DNA of 64,000 nt. It comes from Sphyrna mokarran. Its lineage: Eukaryota. How positions within the stretch are numbered: the first letter of the stretch is position 1; each line of letters opens with the position of its first letter. Positions 47,001-59,000 of this stretch are shown piece by piece. The position numbers were made by a program, and so were the translations under genes. The stretch is from contig JAGIQG010000012.1 of NCBI GenBank assembly GCA_024679065.1, positions 66,030,001 to 66,094,000 on the forward strand, written 5' to 3'. Below the pieces are notes generated by a model. That model had not been told where the DNA came from. It ran no database searches and was given only the letters and a program-made list of their open reading frames with translations.

Positions 47001-50000
47001 TGCCTTGTAAGCAACACAGTTAAGATTCACTAGATTGGTTTCTATATTGAGAGAGTTGTCCTATGATAAGAGGCTGGGAAAATTGGGCCTAGATTCTCTG
47101 GAGCTTAGAAGAATAAGAGGCAATCACATTGAAACTTAGAAGATTTTGAAGGGCTTGATACGGTTAAATTGAGCAATGTTTCTCTGGGAGATCTAAAACA
47201 CGGGGACACAGCCTCAGGGTAAGGAATTGACCATTATTCAAGGCTGAAATTTTTGATTTCTTGGGGGAATCAAAAAGTGTGAGGAGCTGATAGGAAAAGG
47301 AAGTTGAGACAGAAGATCAACATTGATGGTTTTGAATGTCAAAGTTAGCTCAAGGGACTATATGTTCTATTTCTGCCTCTGTTTCTTATTTTCTCATATT
47401 CTTAATCATTATCCCTGCCTTTATTGATCAGCATTCACTGTTGTGTCACAACATGTCAATTTAAACTCCTCATTCTCAAATTACACACTAGCTTCACCTC
47501 AGTTATCCTTGTAACCTCCTCCAGCTTCATATCTCCTCTTGCATTCTTGGTTCCTTGCTTTTAGCACGCATCCTGCCACATTCAGATGGCAGAGTTATCA
47601 GCTGCCTCGACCAAATCTGTCTTCCGAAGCCGATCACTCCTCTTTCTGAAGCCTATAATTTTGGTCGAATTTTCAGTCACCCTTCCTAATCTCCTTTCGT
47701 GGCGTAGCGTCCATATCAAATTGTGAAGCCCTGTGAGATTAATGCACATTGTGATCTGTTGAGCAGAGATGTTTATTCCACTCATCCCCAAATGTATTCT
47801 GCTTTTAAGATTTTCAATATCTATCTATAGCAGAGGATTTTATTGGGGTTATTGCAACAAGGTTTGCAGTTTTATTCTGAAATTAACACAACACATTTCT
47901 CAACTGCATGTTTCCATCTAAAAGTTATAAAGAATGTGTGATATTTGTGCAGTACATATTTAGGTATTTATTTCTATCATGGATATGTGGCTGGTGACGC
48001 TAAAACTCGTAGGAAGCAATCTTACCATTTCATCCCAATGGGCAGGACAAACTGGTAAGATCATAAGGGAGCCAAGGAATCAGGTTTGTCTGATTTCTCA
48101 CCTTCTCTGTTTTTACCAACACCTGATATCCAGTGAGAAGCAAGGCTGATTGTGACATTTAAATGCTAGGGGCAGCATTCTGCAACACTGGTGATGAGGG
48201 GAGCTACTGCCATTCTGCAAGAGCTGCTTGGGGGCTGGTGTGGATCCGCTGCCACGCTGAAACAGTGATAGGAGAGGTGAAATTCTGCTGTAGTCAGACA
48301 GGGATGGGGAGTGTTGGTTGGTGAGAGGAGAGTGACAGATCTCTCTTAGCCCACAGATTTGCACTTGCACAATGGTGCCCTCTGCTGCTGTCAGCTAGCT
48401 TTCAGGTGACATAGGCTCTACCCACTTCCCTCTGCTGGCAGAAACCACCCGACATAATCGGATAAGTTATCCAAAAAGGGCACATCTGTTTCCCCCATCC
48501 CCATTGTTTTTAAAGTTTCTGTTTATCTGCGCATGTTCAGAATTAAGTTTGAGGTTTACTGATTTCAGGAGCATGCTGATCATATTTGCTTTTGCAAAGT
48601 GGTTCTTAAAACTTGATTTATTAAATATTTAGTGCTACTTAAATTTTCAACTGTGTTGTGATTGGAGAATGTTATATGAGGTAAACTATCCATTTTTTCT
48701 AATTTTATGGGTGGGTGGACATTGGGCTACTTTTTATTGCTGTTGTCAATTTCTGTTCACAGTTGGGAAGAATACAGTAATTCATTCTCAATTGAGTGAT
48801 CCATTGCAGGTAGTAGCTTATTCAATGATCAGTAGTACCATTACTACTCAGCACGTGTTGTGGTGTCAACCAACTACATTATATTGATGGCTACTACCTC
48901 TGTTGCCCTCTGGCTTCAAAATCCATTAGCCTTATTTAAAGAAAATTGTGCTCAACTTTCCACTGTAAGGAGTAAATGAAATTAAAATGAAGATTCAGGC
49001 AATTAAAGCATTGCTTAGTGAAACTATTGCAAGTAGAATAGGATTTAATTCTACAGGATTTTTGAGAAGGGAGTTGGGACTATACATGGCATGGGGTTTA
49101 TGCATAGGGTTTATCAGCACTAAATTCCCCAGTGTCATTTCAGTTTTATTGGAGGTAGTCAGGCTAGGTCCTTCTCCATAGTGAGAAAAAGATGGTATTA
49201 AGAAAAAGCATCAATGTGCTGTCCAATGCCAAATCAGGAGAATGATTACAGAAAACCTTGTGAACTTGTTGCTGGTTTCTCTTGGTAATAGAAGTGGGCA
49301 TGTCACTAAAAAGGAAAAAGGAACATGATTTTTCTGAATTGGGTAGTTTAATAGTGAGGTATTTGATATTCCGATTGCCCTAACCTTGCTTTTACACACA
49401 TGTAATGTGCATGAATTTCATGAACAAAATTTTATATTTCAGTAAGTCAAACATGTTTTAAAACCTTTCTTTCATTTGACTCGCTCTGGAAGTAATTTTC
49501 TAATATATTACTGAGGTGTTTTGTTTTCTATTTCAGGGGGAATCTATCTTCTGCACTGGATGCAATTATTGACTGTCACAAGAAATATGGTCAGATGCCT
49601 AGGCTTCATGATGTTTTGTGCAAGTTGGTTGAGCAGGGCGACACTGATCTCTTACAGAAAGGTAATTGATGGAGGATATGCTATGAAAGCAAACCAAGAT
49701 ATGTATTTTTTTGTACTCTCACCAGATTTCCCCTCTTCTCATTCCAGTTGAATTTGTATCATAACACCTAAATTATTCTGTGTCCTTCGAAAGAAAACCT
49801 GTGAAATGTTCCCTGTGATAAATTATTAGATTAATTTTGATGTGAGTTTACTGTACGTTAGTCTGGAAACTGACTTCAGTATTGTTCATTTATGAATTCA
49901 AAACTGGGATGAAGCTTTCCATACTTTATTTGCAACTTTGTGATGGGTAAATAGAAAATTATTTTGTAGACACAGTTGTATAGAATATTTCTTGATACGT

Positions 50001-53000
50001 GTTTTAGGTGTAAAGTACTTTACCCCCACAATCTCCTTTTAGCTTTTTCTTGTTTTAGTTTTGTCTTCCAATATTTTAGTGTTGTCTTCCATTCTTAAGC
50101 AGAATAGTGAGATCGCTAATGCTCATTTTGCTGCTCTGTACATGATGCAGTGGCAGCTGTGTAAACTTGTCTGATGTTGAATGTTATTTCTTCAAATTTG
50201 TTCTCTGCCATGTTTCATTTATCTGGTGAATTTGTTGCTTCTCAAGATTGTTCCAGCATGGGGCCTCAAGTTTCTGTGGCAGAAAATTTTCCTTTATCTT
50301 AAATCAGTACTAGGAAGTGTCCAGCTGCTGCTATATTATCTGAAAGACATTTGTGAACAGTTTCTAATAGAACTGAGAAGTTTCACATTGGAACTAAAAA
50401 AAACCTAGAAATTGGATGTGCTGGACATCATATGTTCTAGTATCACAAAGAAAGAAGATTCACATCTTTTTAGAGTCTTGGCAAATATTTTGGGAACATG
50501 CAAGTGCTTAATTTTCAAAGCACTTAAGTGCAGTGACCACTCTGTCAGAAAAAGGCTTGTTTTTTGGGTGAAAACCTGAAGATTATTTGTAATATCAAAT
50601 TATTTAGTGAGTATGCAAACAGCTCAGTGGAGAAATTCAGTTGGGGTTGCAGTATTTTAATGACTTTATGTATGGATGGCTGCTAAGAATGTTGAATTTG
50701 TTATTGGAAAAGTGGAGAATCTGAGATGACCTAAAAAGTAGTTTTCAAAATAATGGAAATTGAGGATTAATCCAGACAAATTATTCCCCCAACCAAACCT
50801 AGGGAATAATTGACACATGCAACACATAATTGCAGGAGGTATTAATTTTTGGGACCAACTAGAGTCTTTTCCTTTCCTGGGATGCTTGTGTTTTAATCCT
50901 GTGGAATATGTAACTGGGGAAGACGATCGAAATAGGTTGTATAAATGGATCTGGATGCAATTAAACATGATCCTGCAGAGAAATTGAGGATGATGGATGA
51001 AAAAAAAGTTGAATCAGCTTGTTAGGACAAAGCATATTTTTCCACTCCTGTAATTTCCATTCTTAAAAGGACCCTCCCCCATCCCAATGTCTACATTGTG
51101 ATTGTCTAAAAGTTGTGTCGAATTATATTTTTCTTCTTTTCTAGCGCTCTCTCAAACAAAGATGATAGGTGGAAGCTTATGAATTGTGCAATACGTAAAA
51201 TGTGGCTTTTTGATGGCATTGTTGGAATGAAATGTGATAAAGATTTGATTTTAGTTTTAACTATCGTTGAATACATGGTTTTAACATTTTCTCTTTTGCC
51301 TGCAGCTATGGATTTTGTAAACCAGGAGCGAGGTGAAATGACAATGCTGTATGACCTTTTTTTCGCTTTTCTTCAGAGTGGGAAATACAAAGAGGCCAGA
51401 AAAATTATCGAGGTGAGACTTCATCCTATTATGCTGTTCACACAACCATTTTAGTTTGAACAATGAGCGTCAATTAATATTCTGAACCTAAAATGAGTAT
51501 TAGTCTAATTCTGACTGATGCAATTTAGTCCACAAATTGAATAATGTTAACCTTATTAGCGGTGATAAGTATAGAATTTCTTCTTTTGATGTCTGCACGG
51601 TACTGCAATAAGAATTACAACCATTGTTTTTGATACATGTTATTCAAATTTAAATATTTTTCTAACTCTGCTTGATTGAGTTGTTCCTTTTATGCCAAAT
51701 ATTATGTTTGCGTTTTAAACTTGTGATTGTGGAACAATTAAATTAAACTGCCAGTCCTGGGTGTATAAAGTTCTTAATCCCCTTTACTGATCAATTCTTT
51801 TGTTGTGCTTAAAAGCAGTGGAATTTAATTTGCTGCAGACAGTGGGTGAATCTGGTCAGATTTACTGTAGGGCATGTCTGGGAGCAAATAATCAGCCAGT
51901 CTGCTGCAGCATCATATTAAATTCAACTTTTCCTTCCTGTAATTCCTTAAGCAGCTTATGATCAGCCAAAGGTGACTGATCACTCAACTAAATTTTGCAT
52001 ACTCTATCTGGTCTTGATTAAAATCTTTTCTAGCAATATAAAGGGATAAGTTGGAGCAAAACTGTAGCTTGTCCAGCTTTTACCATTGTTTCTTTGGGTT
52101 GCTGACATCAGTAGATATTTTGATCTAAAGTAATCTTGTTGGAACTTTGATTTTTGTTTATTAATTGTCTCCTTTAATTTTCCTCATAATGCATATAAAT
52201 GAAACAAGGGAACCATCATCATTATTTTTATAGCATATTGTTATCTTGCTGCAAGACTTCCTATGAAGACATGGGAACGGCAGTAGAGCACTAAACTCTT
52301 TCCAAGGTTGTTCTGCCATTCGGTTAGATTGTAGCACAAAACTCCATGTACCAATCTTTGTTCTTATCTGTTAATGTTTTCCCCAACAAAAATCTACTGA
52401 TGTTGATCTTGAAAAGTTGACCCAGCATCTGCAGCTTTTTGAGCAGAGCTCTAGATTTCCTCTACCATTTGTATAAAAAGTACCTCATTTTCACTCTTAA
52501 ATGCTATTGCTCTAATTTTAAAGTTACGTCTGGATTCCACTTCAGAGGAAATCGTTTCTCGGTATGCTTGCATGCAAATCCCTCGACATTTTTAAATACC
52601 TCGATTTGGTCCATCTTAAGCCAATAATTATAGATTTTGATCTCCTGATTCTTGATCCTGACTGCAGAGATTGTTTGTTTGAATTTTTTGAGATGTAAGT
52701 AAACTCATGGATCTCTGGTGAAGGAAGAAACTTGAGGCAATAACCTGAGAGCATAGTATATTACAGTTTATTGGCTCAAGTATTTTTCCATACTCGTTTA
52801 CCAAGTGACAACATTGCAGGATCCCTCTCTACTGATGTAATGCACATTTGAGGCTTCAAGAGACAGTATTAACGTTCTTCCAGCCTTTACTGAGGAAACA
52901 GACAGCATGGTGGCCAATCATAAAGAAACCAAATGGCCCCATCACCACCATAACCTCAAGTCACTTTGTGCTTTTGATGATCTTTTACTAATCTGAACAA

Positions 53001-56000
53001 TATGCTTTCATTTTTAGTTTTCTTTCTCTTTAAGAAATTTATTGCATCAGTATGTTTTGCAAGACTAAACCATTGATGCCGATCTTCAAACCTATCTAGA
53101 AATCCTATCCATAATCAAGTTCCTTGTTGTTAAATGTTATGATATTGATCATATAGTTTATATAAATTTCACTCCAATTTTTTTGAAGATGTGCAAATTA
53201 GCAAATAAGAGAAAATAAGCTGTTCAAAAAAATACTGCAAATATACATCAGGCCATTTAGATTCTGTGCAAAGGTAGGAGCATATTGCGATATTTCAGCA
53301 GTGTCCTCATCAGAAAACAATACTAGTTTGCAACCTGTTCCAATCAAAAACTGGCAAGACCGACAAGCTTTTGAAGAGACGCATTAATCAAGTCTACAGA
53401 AAGTATTTTGGAACTAAAGCAAAAGGTTTTCTCCTTTTTAAAAATCCTTATATTGTGTTCTGAAGCACCATAAGGATAACATAGTAAGCAATTAGAACAT
53501 AGAACATAGAACATTACAGCACAGAACAGGCCCTTCGGCCTTCGATGTTGTGCCGACCAAAATAAAAAGCAATGCCCCTCCAAACTAAACCATTCCCTTC
53601 TCTTCCATATACTTATCAATTAACCTCTTAAACGCCACCAAACTTGGCGCATCTACAACAGCTGCAGGCAGGGCATTCCACTCCCTAATCACTCTTTGAG
53701 TAAAGAACCTACCTCTGATATCCGTCCTATAACTCATACCCCTTAATTTAAAGCTGTGTCCCCTCGTGCTAGCTTTCTCCATCCTAGGAAAAAGGCTATC
53801 ACTGTCCACCCTATCTAAACCTCTAATCATCTTATATGCTTCAATAAGATCCCCTCTTAGCCGCCTCCTTTCTAACGAAAATTAACTGGCCAAGAATTAA
53901 GGTGATGTGTTTCCTGGAACTGGCTTCTTGGGGAAATAGTGGAAGCAATCTATTTTGACTCAATCAAATTGAAATTAAATAGAGTTATTGGAAAATATGT
54001 ATATTTGGGATACAGTATGAGCTATGCTTGGGAGGTACAGGCGAAAGTTCTGTAGCACTACAGGTGTCCTTGCCCCATGTCTGGGTCTGTTGTTGACTTA
54101 TTGTGATTATTAGTCAACAATCCCATTATAACTGTGCAGTGTGATGACTAGAATGATAATCGATGAACTGGAGCTAGATGAATTTTGGCCCGTTTTTGTC
54201 TGAGAGTTCCTGTGATGAACGTTCTTTAACTTGCTGATGCCATGATTTTAGACATGTAGCAAACTACCCTTTTAATTATTTTAAATTACCCTTTTAATTA
54301 CCCTTTTCTTTTTAAAAAAGAAACTTGCACCATAACACATGATGTTTTGAAGCAAGTGAAAGCAAAATTTTCAACAGCATTAAACCAGAAGGTCATGTTG
54401 CACCAAAGAAGTTATTTTCAGTTCATTGTATTCCATGCAGCTATGCAACAATACCCACATGAAACAAGAGATATACCCTTGAAATAAAACATCCTAACAA
54501 AGCTGCTTTTAACTTGGGAAGACTAACCATCATTAGTTTTACTGTCAGATTGTTGATGAAATAAACTAATTAGAGAGAAAAATAACAAGTCTTGATGGTG
54601 CAAATTGTAGCAGTGAAGAATATGTCTTCATAGCATATAATGTATCAAATGTTTCCCTGTTGCATTGCTCATTGCAGATGATATCAATTGAAGCAACTTA
54701 AAAAATTCAACTGAGCGTCGGAAATGAGACGAGTTCTCTTAAGTTATTTAAGATTAGGATTCAAAGGGGCAAAGGACCTCCCAACAATAGATTAAAAGGT
54801 CAAAGCAAAGTGGAAATGGGTTGTATTAAGCAAATGTGAGAGAAAGAGATTGAAAAACAAGGAGTGGGAGAGAGAAGTTATCAATAGAACTTGAAATTAA
54901 GTGAAATCTGCAACACAGTGAAGAAAATGAATATGAATAGGAAGACAAATAGAATAGTAGACATAAAATATAATAATCACCCAGTTAGTTACTGAATCAT
55001 AGGATAGTGGTCCTTAATAAGTTAGAAAGGCCTGTTGACTGATAGGTATGTGCTGACAAATTATATGATTTCTTGCAATGCTTGGACCTAGAAAATAAAT
55101 TTTGTTATTGAATATTTTTATTTGCTATAATAATCAAGCATCCAAGACCAGCAGTGAGGTTGTTTCGTTGATCCCTGGTATAGTTGTTCCCTTATGTTTC
55201 ATTTTTTCTCAGATCCTTACTTTATGTATGAGAAGCTGTTGGATGGTCATGATGCACTATTTCATGAAACATGCAGACAGGATGGAACAATAAGAAATGT
55301 TGACTTGGAATGACATAGTTCTCCAACAAAAAATCAATCAGTCATAGACTGAGGCTAAAATCCTAATCTAACAAGTATGAACTTAGTTCAGCTCCAACTT
55401 GGACAAAAAAGAGCTTGCCCGACTCAAATAAAAATGTGCGTTAACAGATGTACAGTGAAATTGCAGTTTGTATGGTGTTGTGGATGCATTTAATAGCATG
55501 CATTATTTGGTGTTAGTTTTACAAAACCTGCAAGACTTTGAATGTATTTAATCTGCAATACAAGAATGATCATGCCTGTGGATTTGCTGTATAGCTATGC
55601 AATCACATTCCCCTTCTGCAAAGAATTGCACTTCAACTTGGCAGATAAGAAAATGGGTGCCGAGGACCTCTGGGGAAAATATTCCAATTTAGTGTTAATG
55701 TCGACTAGGCTATAATAATTTTTTTTTCAACGGGGTTTGTGACTGTTTAGTTTTGAATCCCTAATGGATTTTTGAATAAAAGGAAATGAGTAGATGAGAA
55801 AGATGTAATGGTGTGAATTGAAAGTGCCCTAATCAATGGAAGATATGTTGTTACTCAAGTCATGTTTAGAAAAACTAATGTATGATGTCAGACTCCCTGC
55901 CACAAGAGGTATAATTTAAACTACAAAATTCTGTAAGATGAATGTTTTATGTCATTGTCACTAGAGTTTATAAGGTGCCTTGGCTGGTAAAGCACTACTT

Positions 56001-59000
56001 AGTCTTTGAGCAATAAGCTGTAAATGTAGAACATCCATGAGGTTAGGAGATTTAGTTAAGCTGACCTAGATGTTCTTTTGAGGATTGAGTCTTATTGTAA
56101 GTGAAAACTGTTCTCAATATCAGATGAAACTGAAGGATATCTGCATTTATTGCTTAGCTGTCCTTGAAATGACAGGCACATCAATCAAGTCTAAACACAG
56201 GAGATTTAATACATTTCATGTTGTGGATTTGTGTTGTTGAGATCCATGTCATTTGGATAAGTGAAGATATTGAAAGTTGTAATCAAATGTACTATTTGTT
56301 CTGCACCTACAATCAAACTCTTTTGTTTAATTTTTGGGATTCAGGGATGTTTAATATTTCATTTCAAGCTATATTTTTTATGTAAGCTTACTTACTTGCT
56401 AAAGTTGGCATGAAAATTTATCTGCTCTGTCAACCTCAATATAGGAAAAATGAACTTGAGAACTTGAGAGTATTACCAAATTTATTTGATTTTTAGAACA
56501 TTGGGAGAGTTACTTTGTTTATTTAAATCCTTATAAATTAAAAAAAGGAAGCTCAGCACATCATTCTGGTAAATGTAATATTTAAATACATTTTAAGAGG
56601 ATATTTATGAACCTTGTTATATATAAACTATGAACTGCATAGCAGAAGCTTCCTTTCTTGTGAAATGAATTTGTAGAAAGTCCATATTAAACTATTCCTA
56701 TAATAACCTGAACTAACATGGTTGTATTAAGTGCCTTGAATATAAAGACTAAGTCAAAAACGGCTTACAGAACAGGCATAAAAATATTTGATAATTCATG
56801 CTAATTGTGGCACAGCAAACTGGTTGTGATTAGTGTGTTTTTTTTAAATTGTAGTTTTGAATTGTAGACAAATTAAATGCTGTTTTACCATAGTTACGAA
56901 TTATATTTTCAGTAATTCTATATATAAAAAGTGATCATCTCACGCAGGTGTTAAAGCTCACTCATTCTAAGAAATGTATTAATTTTGTCCAAGTGCCTTT
57001 TACAAATCTAACCTTTTTTCTGTTGTCCTTCCTACAGACGCCTGGCTTAAGAGCCCGTCCAGGGAGGCTTCAGTGGTTTGCAGATAAATGCACAGCCATG
57101 AATCAAGTAAGTTGGCTGTGTGGTTTCTCAATTAGAATCGACGCTGAGGGAATGTTCCCCTCGGGAGGTGGGAAGGGGGGGAATTTAAAATGAGGGGTCA
57201 CAGTTTCAGAATAAGGTGTCTCCCTTTTCAGACTGAGAGCAGGAAAAAGTTCTTCTCTGAGGGCATTAGTCTTTGGAATTTCCTTCAACAGAGTGCAGTG
57301 TAGGCTGGGTCATTGAGTATGTTCAAGACTGAGTTGAGCAAATGTTCAATTAACATGGGAATCACTTGTTGTGAGGGACAGGTGGGGAAGTGGAGTTGAG
57401 GCTGCAATCAGATCAGCCATGATCTAGTCGAATGGTGGAGCAAGCTTGATGGGCCAAATGGCTTACTCCTATTTCTTACGCTCCTGTGACCTTATAAAAG
57501 AAAGTTGGTATTGGGGAGGGAAAAAGAGGAGAATGGTTTCATCTGCAAGCGTGTTTCTAATCCAATCAAATAATCTAAATAGTAAAATAAGGCTGTGCAT
57601 TCCTTCTAAGATTGATTATAATTAGACTGTTTTGGAACAGTCTTATTTTTCATATTCACAAAACCTGTCCATTAAGAACTTTGTTTCATTCTGAAATATT
57701 TTCCTAATTTGCTTCAGATTGAGGCACTTGAGAACATGGTGGAAATGACCCAGAAGCTATTCGAATGTGACCGGGATCAGATGTACTATTATCTTCTGAA
57801 GCTTTTCAGTGAGTGAACTTTTGATTGGATACTAAGCTTGAAAATTATACATAAAATACTGTGCCCAAAGTATAGTGCATGTTTTTTAAGTATTCAAGCA
57901 CAACATAGGTTAATTGCAATCTGAAATGATAATTTTTCAGAGTAGGTAAGACTGACGACAGCATTCAAGCTCTTGAACATTGGAGTGAGCTAAAATGTGT
58001 AATTATAATGTATTTTTTGACAACTGACAGTTGGTTCATCCCAGTATAAATCTAATGCTTTCTTTTCTGCCCCCCTTGGGTGAAGTGGGTGGGGTAGAAG
58101 GCAAGAATTGGCAGCTGATTGTTACTGATCTTTCAGTACCTAGTAGTCGCCAATCTGTTAAATTCCAAAGTCAGATTTGTTGTTAAGTTTTTATTTAAAA
58201 ATTGTTGCATGTTCATGTAACATGCAGCTATGAATCTAGAATCAATTTCCTTTCAAAGATCATTCTTCTGCAGGCTCTTCCAGCAGTTAGCTTTATGCTA
58301 AGTGGCATGTGTACGTTGTGTGCAATCTGTGAGCATTGCAATTACTGTTACACAGCTGTAGTCTGCATGCTGCGTGTTTACTGTTGGGAAACTAGTAAGA
58401 ATAAATCTCCTATGAACAGTTTCTAAGCAGTTTCTGAAGCCATTTTCCAGTCTTACAATCTGTCGAACTTTGTGATGTTTCCTTTGCAGGTAATTTGTTC
58501 GGAAGTGTCAATAATCAGTGCATTAGTCACAAATTGAACAAAATTTATTATGTCAACACTTCATATACAGTTCATAAGTTTTTGCAAATTACCTTGTGTA
58601 TTTTTGCACTCCTCCAATTATGGCTTCTTGTCTAGTCTTGATTTTAATTGCATCACTAACGGCCTTCAGGCCATAAGCTCTGAAATTCCTTCCCTAAATC
58701 TCGCTGCATTACCACACCTCTTCTCGTTTAAGAGGCTTCATAAAACTAATTGGTCAAGATTTGATCATCTATTCTAATATTACCTACTGCGCTTTAGTGT
58801 CAGATTTTGGTTGATAATTCTCATGTGAAATGCCTTGTGACTTAACTATGTCAAAGATGGCTTTTATTACAAATGCAACTTGTTGAAGAACAGACATAAA
58901 ATGTAGTTTTTTTTTACTCAAGAGTTTACGATAGGGATGTGAATAAAGAAGATGAGGTAATTATAATGGATACTGCAAAGGCTGGCTTTTTGGTGTTTCC

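Noticed and set aside
49521-49751. ORF-track peptide over exon ~24
   Set aside because: Wrong frame; the LRPPRC frame is GNLSSALDA...
54264-54308. Repeated TACCCTTTTAAT, plus short GA, GT and CA runs (14438, 15362, 34050)
   Set aside because: Ordinary slippage repeats.
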